A stretch of DNA of 64,000 nucleotides from Carpediemonas membranifera BICM (Eukaryota; Protista; Fornicata). The stretch is from contig JAHDYR010000067.1 in the NCBI GenBank assembly GCA_019828565.1, positions 278,244 to 342,243 on the forward strand. The letters are read 5' to 3'. A program made the position numbers and the translations under genes. Shown piece by piece: positions 8,594 through 20,800 of this stretch (the first letter of the stretch is position 1; every line of letters starts with the position of its first letter). The notes beneath the pieces were generated by a model, which worked only from the letters and a program-made list of their open reading frames with translations, ran no database searches and was not told the origin of the DNA.

Positions 8594-9166
8594 TCATCCA
8601 TTACCAAAGGGAAGCGGGGCCTGAAACCCATATGGCGCCCCCTCAGCGTGCTCCCCCGCCCTAGACGCCCCGTGCATGCCATACATGCTACCGTCAGCAG
8701 CCTTGCTGAGGCCTGCGTTGGCTGTGATGGCGATGGCGCGAGACACGTGGTCGAACTTTTCCACCGTCGCCTGGTTCTGGGAGACAAGCTCGCGCTGGAG
8801 AGATACGACCTTGCGCTCAAGGTCACGCATCTGTTCGTCGTGTATGGTGTTGTCTCTATCGATCTTGGCCATGATTTGCTGCCCTTGCCGCTTCAAGCTG
8901 TCTTTCAGCGTGAGGATTTCATCGTTGATGACCTCTAAGAGCGTTTGAAACCCATGTCTAAGTACCCTAAGTTGCTCATTGAGCGATTGAATGTTCTTCT
9001 CATTCGTAGATGAAAGCGCGACGGCCTCGTCGGATGTTTCCTGGACCTCGTGGCGCAGTTCTCTCACCTGGTCCTGTAGTCTCCGGACCCGTGTTGTGGA
9101 GGTGGCTTTCTTTGCAGCCATTGATGTTGGCGCGCGACGAGAGGGTGGCGTAGAAGCTCTCCTCAT
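8594..9166 (-). CDS. Coiled-coil hypothetical protein
   Basis: 190-aa ORF with heptad-like segments (LQDQVRELRHEVQE, MRDLERKVVSLQRELV); start uncertain. Confidence 0.65.
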   Translation of the reverse strand: MRRASTPPSRRAPTSMAAKKATSTTRVRRLQDQVRELRHEVQETSDEAVALSSTNEKNIQSLNEQLRVLRHGFQTLLEVINDEILTLKDSLKRQGQQIMAKIDRDNTIHDEQMRDLERKVVSLQRELVSQNQATVEKFDHVSRAIAITANAGLSKAADGSMYGMHGASRAGEHAEGAPYGFQAPLPFGNG

Positions 9167-9462
9167 CAGGTTGCTCGCAGTTTCTGCTTCGAGAAAATGT
9201 GTATTTTAACCGGCCCGCCACGATCGCGTCACGGCCGCCAATACACCAACAGGCACTGTATGGAACATTATGCGTGTCATGCGCTGGTTTTGCGGTTGGA
9301 CCAAGCCTCCTGCTGCAAGGTACATTTGTCCTTGGCCAGGCCTTCAACGTCACATGAGCGGTGATGGGTCTATAGTTTGAAAAGCACCATGCCGACGCTG
9401 ACCAATTCTCTGCACTCCCTATATTAGACGCTAAGGCAGCAAGCATCGCGTGGCCGGCCCTC

Positions 9463-9825
9463 TCAACTGTCAGAATACACCGGGGTGCGGAGATCCATGT
9501 AGTAGATCTCAGTGATGATGCGGATGATGAACATGATGGTGTTGAGGAAGAAGTAGACGACCATCAGCCACGTGTCTCGGATGGCCCGGGATTCCACGGC
9601 AAAGACGAAGCTAGCCGTGCATGCGTAGATGTGAACAGCGTGAAAGAGAAGCAGGGATGGTCTCCAACCGGATGGGACGATTGATGCTTGAGAAATGAGG
9701 TCAACAACCTCGAAAATGAAGATATAGACTGTGAGGATGCCGGTAAAGTTACGATACGTTGATTTCTTCCAGTATGGGACTGCAGCACCATGGTAACCCA
9801 GGGCAATGTTCACTAAGCGGCCCAT
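9463..9825 (-). CDS. Small multi-pass (about 3 TM) membrane protein, unknown family
   Basis: 120 aa with three hydrophobic segments. Confidence 0.65.
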   Translation of the reverse strand: MGRLVNIALGYHGAAVPYWKKSTYRNFTGILTVYIFIFEVVDLISQASIVPSGWRPSLLLFHAVHIYACTASFVFAVESRAIRDTWLMVVYFFLNTIMFIIRIITEIYYMDLRTPVYSDS

Positions 9826-9957
9826 TGTTCACTTCAGTAGCCGGATTGCAGTGCACTTTTAGGTAAGTTACGTTTATGTTCGTTTTAACGCCACATAAAC
9901 CACATCCAAGCCCTGTATCCCTCCTGTTATCGTCATCAGGCAGTGATATCGTCTTCT

Positions 9958-11574
9958 TCACAACTCGGCCCAGGGGTCGACGTCAACTGGAGTGATCTCC
10001 CAATGAGAAGTAGGTGCCTCGCACTCGACGAGCTCAGCCACCCCATCTGACACTTTTTCCACCCTGAACCACTGGCCGGTGGAGTCGCAAAATGAGTCAA
10101 CCCATTTGTTACCAACCGCTGTTCTGCCAAATTCCGCCGCCTCAAAGGGCACACAGTACTGCGCATCGTAGTCGCACAGATGAGTCAGGTCATCGCTGGC
10201 CCATGCAACAACTATGTAACAAAGGAACCGCTTGACCCTCTCTGGGAAGCGGAGCGGGGTGGGTGTGAGGCAGTTGGCGTCTCTACGGTATCCAGGTAGC
10301 AGACCCGACTGGGCGATCAGCGGATTACCACTGCCAGCAAACAGTAGCCGGCGACCGCTGAGGAATACGTTGATGGAATCATCAGGTATGATCCTGTCGA
10401 CCCTGAAGGGCAGCTCCTCGAAGCCAGACATATCATTCTTGCGCCCGAGTCCCAGCCGGCCGTTCTTGTTCCACCCGCTGATCATCTGTCGATCTCCCAT
10501 GGATAGGATGACAGTACCGTTCCATGCATGCATGATGTGATCTGGGACAAAGTGGGCACGACGACTGGGTGGAAGAGGTGCCTGCTCACCTCCTCGACTG
10601 GGCCGGTGAAGACCATAGAATCTTCACCAGCCATGACAGTGCCGACCGAGGTGACAATGAACGTCTGATTCTCTTTCGCAGACACATCACTAACCATCCT
10701 GTGCTTCTCCCAGGCGGGCAGGCTGGCCTCGAGCTCGGCGACTTTGAGACATGCGGGGAAGGTGAGGCGAGTCGGGTCGACAAACTCAGATGACTCGAAC
10801 CCCAGCTGATTATAGTCGCTATCCCCCAGCCCCACAGGCCCTTGGGCGTCCTGGCAATATGGGTGATCTCGTTGCTGTAGACTTGGAGGGCCCTGGGCAT
10901 CCTGGCCCTAGTGAGGGCGGTGTGATTGGCACTGTCGAGCATGAAGAGTCTGCCCATGTACATGCGGTGGTGGTAGCAATCGCCGTACTCTGTGTACTGA
11001 TAGCTCTCGCCGTCCTTCTCTGCGACGTTCAGCGAGAAGAAGAACATGCGGCAGAGGAACCAGAGGTTCTTGCCTTCGGCCGTCAGAGCTTTGCGGACCC
11101 CGTCATGCATCTCGTTACCATCAGGCCGCTCTTCTCGAGCTTTCTGAAGCACCCTGTCCTCGAGGTCTGGGTTGGCCCCGCCACCCACCAGACACGCCCA
11201 CACCGCGCCCTGGTTGAGCGTGTGCATTGCGTCCGGGAGCTCCTCGTCATCCACAAGCTCGACGTTCATAGACAGTGGCAGGCCGTCGGCGAGGATGGAG
11301 CGGGCGTGGTCGATGAGCACTTGCGCGCTTGGAGCGAGAGGGGAATGTCGGTGAGCATGGCAAGGAGGGATTCGAGGGAAGAGGAGCTCGATGATGTTGC
11401 ATTACTTTCAGTGACCTGGATTGAAGACATCTGCTCCTCAAAGTGTCTGGAGTAGGCGTGTTGGAGCAACGAGGGGATGTCCCCAGAGATGGAGGCTGTT
11501 GCGGTGAGCGAGACGCGGTATGCGGAGATAAGCGCATGTCTTGCACCTGTTGGCGAGGAAGTGGCGCTGCACAT
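9958..11574 (-). pseudogene. RCC1/BLIP-II-like repeat protein broken by at least 3 frameshifts
   Basis: Consecutive ORFs 11266-11574, 10586-11320, 10482-10835 and 9958-10533 join into GLWGWG/DSDYNQLGF and ISGWNKNGRLGLG (RCC1 repeat signature). Shifts fall near 11320, 10825 and 10555. Confidence 0.7.
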
Positions 11575-11873
11575 CGCTTCCAGTGCTCGGTTCGGAGGTT
11601 GCCCAATTCTGACAGAGAAGATTGCCCGACCGCCGACACCAGCTGCGAAGTCTGTGAGAGAAGTGAGACGACGAGCATCATAGCACCATCCCGTACTCCT
11701 CCTCTGTCAACCAGGTCACTCCACCTCGGCGACACAGGATGACGATGATGTTACCGCCCACACTGATCAAACATCCTTAGTAACCTCTACCCTTCAGCTC
11801 CTTGAGGTCGAGATATCGGCCAGATGTTGAGATCTTTTTGTGAATCTCAGAAGCACCAAGCCAAAGTCTGCAG

Positions 11874-14800
11874 ATGAAGACCGCAGCGCGCATCCAACGA
11901 TTGCATTGGATGCTACTACTGATTATATCCATGGTTTCGCTATCCTGTTCGTTGGCCTCGATCGATGTGGATCAAAACACGCTAATCAAGTTGTTTGAGC
12001 TGGGAATCGCCGGCTCCGGCCTTGAATCAGGCTTATGGATTCATATAGATACACTATTTCTCGGCGCACCCGGCGATTCTGCCACCGGCGCCGTGCTTTA
12101 CCAGAGTTTGCCGTCCTCGTCAGTTAGCTCTCTTGCCGTGCCTCCAGACTGTACCGACAAGTTCGGCGGCAACATCGTCGGCACAGATAGCTTCCTGTTC
12201 GTCACATGCTCCTCGCACTCCACTGACGACATCGTCGTCATATTTGACCTATCCGACTTGAACACCATTGTTCAGACAGACGCGTTCACCGTCCCTCTGG
12301 GCATGGCAAGCCAGATGAAGATCTCCCCGGACAGGTCCAAGTTGCTTCTAGCCTCCACCACGTCTGCGTCGGCCATACTGTTCGACATCGCCGGGTCGAC
12401 CCTGACCCTGCATGGTCTCCCCTTCGCCCTAGACGGGACGCCCACGCACATCGCCATGGCCAACACACACGCGTACTTCAGCTGGGAGTTGGGCGCCACC
12501 GGGTATGTGGACGCTTACACCCTAGAAGGCCGCCGCGATGCGCGCCTGGCCCCCTTGTTCCCTGCAGCTAGCCCGGGACCGGCGGTGGTGACTAGTATGG
12601 ACGCATGCATGTACACTGTGATCCTGGGGCTGACAGACGGCACTGAATACACTGTTCGCACTTTAACGACAACACTGGAGTACACCACGGACGAGGTACC
12701 CACCTCCACAGAAGAGTGGGCAATCACTGCGCTCACACCAACCTGCTCACTCAGCGCTGTTGCCCGGCTCGACGGCACCAGCACTGAATGCGTCCTCAGC
12801 TCTCTAGCGATGTCCCACACCGCCACCCCCCTGCCCCTGGTCAGTTACGAGCAGGAGGACCACACCTGCATGGGCCGTGTCGTCGCCCTGACAGACTCCT
12901 GGCTTGCCCTCTACGACCCAGTGAATGCGGTCGCCATGCCCGTCCGTTTATGCCCCTTTGGTTCCATCTTAGCGTCACCCGGCTATTACACTGCGGGGTC
13001 CACCTCATGCGACCTGTGCCCCTCCTTGGTGTCTAGCATCAGTGACATCAACGATTGCTCCGTCTCAGCCCAAGCACGCGACACCAACCCCGTCTTTACC
13101 GGAGTTACTGGCTCTGTTCCCCTCGTGGTCTCGGGCAACACGTATGCCAGGGCAGACCCATCATATTCGGGTTCCTCTGGTGCGATTTACATAAGTAGCG
13201 TCGACTCCATTATCGCCGGGGCCACCTCACCGTCCGCCCTCGTGGGGACCAACTCCTTTGGCCGGTCCTTGTCTGTCAGCGATCACTATGCAGCTATTGG
13301 GACAACTGACGGTGAATTCATTCGCGTCTATGATACCCGAGTCAGCCTGACTGACCATCTATTCGACATCCTGCCCCACGGAACGCCAACGTCCTTCGCC
13401 ATGTCTGAGGTTGCGATTCATCCGACCAAGTTCATCGTCGCCGCGACGGCCATGGACCCGACTGGTGTGGTACAAGTCTTCTTCGGGTCATCGTGGGTCG
13501 ACACTCTGGTCCCCGCGAGCCCCTCTTCTGGGTTTGGGCACACAATGAGGTTTACTGAGAGTTTCCTGATAGCATGCGACTTCGAATCGACAGTTAACTT
13601 GGCCCGTGTATACCGGCTAACCGGCTTTGACTCGCCCGACGGCTCCTCTGCCTCCGTCTCGCTCTACTATTCCTTCCAGTCAAGTGCATCAGGCGAAACC
13701 CTGATCAACGCGGGTGGGACCGACGATTACCTGCTCCTCATCACAAGGACTGGCGCTCTTGAGCCGCGCGTGACCGTGTTTGATGTGGCCTCGACTTCCG
13801 AGATCAACAACCACGTCTTCGCATTCGGTGACGAGCCTTTCTTCGACTGTGACGTGGGCAGTGGCAGGTGCGCTATGGCCATGGATTCAAACGTGGCCGT
13901 GTTTGACCTCACTGTGCAGCCCTCGTCTACCCCTGGCGACCCGTTCTATCAGACGTACGACCTAAGTTCGGCGATGGGAGGGGCGTCAGTCCGACAATTC
14001 GCGATCAACTCCAACGCAATGTTCTTGGCCGGGGACGACGCTGCGATGGAGGTCCGTGTCGACTTCACTGCCTGCCAGAAGGACCGAAATACACCGTACG
14101 GGCCCGTCGCCGCGTTCTACAGCCCTGCCTTCATGTCCTGCGCGCCCTGCCCCCTAGGCACGTACTCCCCAGGCTTCGAGGTCAAGTGTCGGCCAATACC
14201 GTACGGCGGCTCACCCGACGGGACCAGGAGCTCGGTCACAATGCAGCTGTCGGTGACAACTGCCGACGTGGGCTTTGTTCCCCACTGCATCAGCGCCAAG
14301 AACCACGCCCTCGCCGCGGCTAGCTCGATGGGCACAGTCGCTGTGTTCGATGTTGACTTTGCAGGACTACATGGACATGGACCGTTCTTGACCAAGCCAA
14401 GTTCTGTGGGAGCCAGTTCCTTTGGAACTGCCGTCGCGGTGACCGAGTCCGGCCACGTCATCGTCGGGTCGGCCTCCGCTACGGCCTTAGCCCATGGCAT
14501 CTCCATCTTCGAGCTGACCCACGACTCCGCAGTTTACGTCCGTTCGTTCTTCAAGTACATCTCCAGCTGCGAGTACGGCCGTATAATCGAATCACACGGC
14601 GACTACGTAGCAGTGGGTGCCCCCGGGTCTGCCTGCGAGGCTGTCGACGTCTACAACACGGCGGCCTGGACCAAGGCCTCAGTGACCGCCGCAGACCTCG
14701 CTCCCGACGTAGTCGCCGACTTCCCCTCCCACATCGCCATCGACAACGACTACGTCTACGCCGCTTGCGATGACGAGTCCGACAATGGCATTGTGTACGT

Positions 14801-17800
14801 TCTCAGTGGCTTCGACGAGCCCGGCGCCATCCTCAGCAAGGTCGACGTCATCGAACCCAACCCCGGCCTCCCTTCAGGCTTACCGGTCCTCCGTCTCATC
14901 GCAGACGCCCTCACAGAGACCCTGTTTGTCCAATGGGAAGCGCCAGTGGACGTCAACTACGGCATTTACCGGAGGGGCGGGGCGCCAGGCGAGGACGTGA
15001 TGCACCTGGCGTTGGGAGACGCTATATCCGGCCCGCCGTTGTCAGTGAGCTACTTCAACGGGGAGCTGCACTGGATCGATGCGGCCGGCGAGACCTTCAC
15101 ATCGAGCTCCGATCTGCTTGACGCGAGGAAGAGGTCCTCTCTATCCAACACCGATGCGGACACGGAGTTCAACGGCGAGTTCACCTACATTGACGGCCTC
15201 CCCATCTTCCACAGCGCGTCTGATGCTCACAAGCTCGGTGTGCTTCTGCCGATATTCTCGGACGCACCACCAGGCGAGGAGATGCTCGGCCCGGGGTACT
15301 TCAGGCCATGCCCCGACGGGTACTACTCGCCCGGCCACCAGGCGCTGTGCACCAAGTGCCCGCCGCACTATGCCTCGAACACTGGCCACACGGCCTGTGT
15401 CCCAGAATACACGGTCAGCACGGTGGACCCGGGTGTGGCGGTCACGGCGATCTCCACGTACAAGGACGCCATGGCCGCGGTCTCCTACACTGAGGGCTGT
15501 GGCACCGACACTGGCAGCGTCTTCCTCCACGAGTATGACGGGACCGCCTGGGCTCTCACGGAGACCCTCACCCCGCCTGCCTCAGGCTGTGTCGGCCTCG
15601 CTGTGGCCATCAACGACGACTGGCTCGCCGTCTCCTCCGAGTTCGACGACGGCCTCGTCCTCGTCTACTCCCGGTCGACCCTGGACCTTACCGCCTCCGT
15701 GACCCCCGCCGACGCAGGCACCGGCTTTGGATGGAGTCTTGCCCTTGCGGGGGACAGTCTTCTTGTCGGCGCGCCCACTTCTTCCACTAACGGACAGCCC
15801 GGCGCGGGTGTCGTCTTCGTATTCGAACACGACTCGTCGGGCTGGCCCACCGGACCAGACCATACTCTGACCGCCTCTGTGCCCCTCCGTTCAGAACGGT
15901 TCGGGGCCTCCATCGACGTCAAGGTCATGCCGGACGGCTCCTTTGCCGTAGCTGTCGGAACAGCCCCATCCTCCAACCCCGGATCAGTTTTTATGTTTGA
16001 CACGCCCTCGTGGTCTGTTAGCCAAGCTGCCATCGGCACTGATCCATCCTTTAGCCATGAAGTCGCCGTGATCAGCCACGACGAGCTCTTCACGGCTGGG
16101 AGCGACGAGGTCATTCGTATTCACTTCCATGACTTTATTTATGACGCATATATCATCGATAGCGCCGTCACCGCAGCTTATGGCGACGCTCTCGGGGCCT
16201 TTGGGGACCAGGTCGTCTCATCGGCCACGAGCTACTTCCTTTACGGCCACGACACAGGCGCCTTCACCGTCTCGGGCTATGAACCCACGCCGTCTTCGAT
16301 GGGTGACGCTGGCTTTCTCTTCCCACCGAGCGAACGTCTCGTCGACAGCATGGGCTTCGGTCAGCCCGCCAGTACGATGGGCTCCGGCGTGATGTTCGCC
16401 ACCGACGCGCAGAGTACAGCTATCACGTGCATCCACCCTACCTGCACCGCTGGCCAGCACGCAGACACATGGTACTCCTGCGCCGACTGCCCCCCGTACA
16501 CTGTGGGTGACGGCCAGACCTGCGCCAACTACACAGCCCCGACATACGCAACGGCGGGCATGTATGTTTATGGGATCGCCGTATCGGACGAAATGATCGT
16601 GCTTGCTTCACCCGTTTCTCAAACCGGCTTTGGTGCCAGTGTATACACCTGGAATGAGAACTGGACCAGCAAGGTCTACCACCTCAACGACCCAGACCTG
16701 CGCATCGGCTTCGGTGTGGCGTTGAACGACGACTGGCTCGTGCTAGCGGCATATGATACGGTCGCTGCAAAGGGCTGCACTGTGGTGTACTCAAGAACGG
16801 GCTCAGCTTTCACTGACCAGACCACCATTGACACCTCGACCAGCAGCACGCCCCCTCTCGTGGCCCTTAGCGGCAACGACGTCCTCCGGGTCGACCCTAC
16901 TTTCACCAGCACCAGCTGCGAGACCGTGGTGATCAGCTATACTACGGGATCCGGCTGGGCTCGGGCGTTTACCCCAGTTTCGTGGCCCGGCACCCCCACC
17001 AACATGACTATGACGAGCCAGCACTACGCCATTGGCTTCCCAGACGACGGCCTCGTCATCACTGACTACAACGACGGCAGCTGGGGAAGTACCTCCTCCA
17101 TAGATGCCGGGGTTGACCGCTTTGGACAGTCACTCGCTCTGGATGGCGACATGCTCATGGTTGGAGCCCCAGACGCGTTCTACGGAGCAGGGGCCATGTA
17201 CTCTTACAAGTTCGACGGGTCGGCTTGGAACTTGCGGGCCACAATCACCCCCAACGACCCCGTCATGGACGGCGCCTTCCCATCCAGCATCGCCATCCAC
17301 AACGGTCACGTGGCAATCGGCTGGGAGGGCTGCGCTATCGGCGACAACATCGGCTGCATCCTGCTCTTCGACCGTGTCTCCCAAGGCGCCGACGCCGACA
17401 GCTGGGCCCAGACCGCGGCCTTCTCCCACCCCTCAACCCCGGGCGTGGGGGCATTCGTCGCGATCGGGGAGAAGACGCTCATCAGCATTGGCTCGTGGAT
17501 GTCAGCGTTTGACCGCCCCACACTGACGTTGAACGCGCTGTGCGATCGAGGGTACTTCGCCGACACCTGGTACTCTTGCGCGGCCTGTCAGGATGGATAC
17601 TACGCCACGGCCCACAGTCTGCGGTGCTCACTGTGCCCAGTCGGGATGCAGAGCAGTGCTGACCAGGGCGGTTGTACCCAAGTCGCCGAGTTGAGCTCAG
17701 TCGTTGCAGGAACCGCGAATGACGACAGCTTTGGCCACGCCCTCTCAGCTGTCAGCGACCTGGTAGCAGTCAGCACATCTGTCGGCCATGCCTTCGTCTA

Positions 17801-20800
17801 CAGGCACCTGGCGCGCCTCTCTTCTCCCTACATGCAGCTCGAGGCCGACCTCGCCCACGGTGAAGACACCCTGTTCGGCGGTGTTGTTGCTATCAGTCTC
17901 ACCTGGCTCGCTGTCTCGGGCACTGACATGATCGTCGTCTACCCAATGGGGTCCGATTTCACGGAGTTCATCGAGTTGCCCATCGACTTTGCGGTGAACC
18001 GGATGCTTGTCGACGACGAACTCATTGTAGCCTCATCCAATGACAACCGCGTCCTGACCTTCCAATATGACGGCACGACCTGGTCGGGCACCTCCCTCAG
18101 TGGCCCTGCATGGAGCAACTTCGGCGCCTCTATCGCGCTGACCTCGGCGTACCTCTTCATCGGATCCCCTGGCACAGACACCGTCAGTGTGTACGACAGG
18201 GCCGACCTGTCAGGGTCCCCGGTGGCCGTACACACCGCCGCAACTACCTCGGTTGGCTTTGGGTCGACTCTCGCTGCAGTCGACGTGGGATCTGACACTC
18301 GAGTCGCCGTTGGCTGTCCCCAGCAAGCTGTTGGGGCAGATATTGGGGCCGTACAGATCTTCTCCTTCGTCTCCGCTGCGTTTGTGCTCGAGGCCGTGGT
18401 GTACAAGCCCGATGCCTCCATCCCTGCCTCCATGCTTCTTGACGAGACAGCACTCCTCGCCAGCGACCCCTTGGCCGCTGTGGGCGGTGAGAGCAGTGCT
18501 GGCGCCTTCTTCTCTTTCCAGTACAACGGGCTAGACGACCAGTGGCAGAGTTCTGTCGCTTTCACTGCTATAACACCCACTGCAAACGAGCAGGTCGGCC
18601 AGGCTATCGCGGCGGGCGACGCCTGCTTGTTCTACTCCTCAACCCCGACTGGCTCACCCGGTAACGTCTACGTGACCTGTGCAGTATGCCCCGCTGGCCA
18701 GAAGCCCGTCTCCTGGCGCCTATGCGAGCCCTGCCCGGCCGGCATGTACTCTGAGGCTGGCTTGCCCGGGTGTCGCGCCTGTCCTGCTGGATACACCATC
18801 AACACCGACCAGACTGGATGTGACGCTCCATACACTGCCGAGAGCCACAACGCCCCTCCCCCCATCGTCGCCGGAGAGCTCGGCACGGTTGTCCGAATCC
18901 AGGGTGACCAGTTTTTCGCACTTTATGGCACAAAGACCATGACACCGAACGTGGAACGGTACACCTACTCCTCTGCAACCAAGGCCTGGGAAGACGCTGG
19001 GATGGTTCTTAGCTCTTCCGCGCTTCCCACGCCCGCCGCCCACACCGCGTCATTCGACGTCTCCGAGCATTGGCTTGCCGTTGGGTCGCCGTCCGAGGCG
19101 AAGATTTATGTTTACTCCAGGGCAGACGCGTCCTTCGACCAGCTCGACGCCCTCGAGCCGCCTGGTCTCGCTAGCCAACCCACTTCCTTTGGCTCGGCCA
19201 TCGCCATGACTGATATCGTCATTGTCTCGGGCACTCCGGACACCCTGACCGGCCAAGTGGACGTATTCTCATTCAATGGTGCCCACTGGGAGCCGCAGTT
19301 CGTGTTCACGAGCTCTCTGGCCGCAGCAGGGGACCTGTTCGGGACTTCTGTCGCCATCTCCCCTGACACCTCCTTCATCGTGGCATCTGACACGCTCAAC
19401 GGCAAGGTATACGTCCTCAACTACACCGCTGAGCTCACAAGCATTGTCACTGAGTCACAAACCATCGCTGGGTCCGAAAGCTTCGGCATGTCCCTTGCTG
19501 CGACAGAAACCACCATAGTTGTCGGTTCCCCCACAGCAACTGTGCTTGGCGTCACCGGAGCTGGGTCGGCCACGGTCCTGACCCTCGTCGATGGGGAGTG
19601 GACTCCTCTCACGACGCTCACCGCCCCCTACCCTGAGGCGGAGGGCTTCGGATCCTCGGTCGCCATCGATGAGGAGGACACTATCGTCGTCGGGGCACCT
19701 GACTTCGACAGCGGTGTCGGCAGAGTCCATATCTTCGCCTACGACGGGTCCGACTGGGCGTATGAGTACCACCTCGACTCTCCCGACTCGGCCACCGCAT
19801 CATTCGGTGCCTCGGTCGCTTCCAACACCCAGTTCCTCGCAGTAGGCGCCCCTGCCCTCAGCACGGACACGGGCGGCCTCTCGATCATCACCCAGCCCTG
19901 TCCCGCATATGACACAATGTACATGGCCAGCTGGCACAACGGCTGCGAGAGTTGCATCGGGCCCTATGTCTCGTCGTCTCCGGCCTCAGAAGGCACTTAC
20001 TGCCCATTACCCCGGGCTACGAAGAGCTACGCGGCGGTCACTGGGTCCAATAAGGAGTATGGCTATGCCATTGCTGTCACTGACGAGCTTGTCGTCATAT
20101 CTACCAGATTTGCCTCGACCGCTGACGGTGAAAATGTGGTGGAAGTTAAGACTGTTTTTGACACCACTTCTTCTAGTATTCCCAACGTGCGCATCGCCGA
20201 GTTCACCCAGGCCAGCATAGACTATGGCAAGGCCCTCGCCATCACCGACGACCGTCTTGCCATCGGAGCGTTCAGCTCTGTCGAGGTTTACCGTCGGGTA
20301 GGGTCGATTTACATAGCCTACGATCCCCTGGCGTTAACTCCGGCAGAGTCGTCGTTTGGGGATGCTCTCGCCATGTGGGGCGATTACCTCGTCGTCGGTG
20401 TTCCCAGCGCGGCTGTTGGTAGCATTACGGGTGCTGGCCTGGTTGTTGTATACAAGTTCGTATCCGATACAATCGTGCAGGTCGCCACCATCGACATGGC
20501 CGGTGTATCTGGCCGCGGGGCGGACGCCCTCGGCACAAGCCTCCTCGAGCACGGCGGCACGCTGTTCATCGGCGCCCCCGGGGCGAACACTGTCTTCGCT
20601 GTCGACGAGTCCGACTGGAGCACGATCACCCAGGTCATCACAGCCACCCTGCCCACGGCGACTGTCAGCTTCGGGTCATTCATGGCCTACGACGACGTCT
20701 ACGACCTCATCCTGATCTCTGACCCCGATGCCGACATGTTTGGCACCGCCCAGGGCGCCGTGGTCGCCTTTGAATCAATCAACGGCGTGTGGACCCAACT

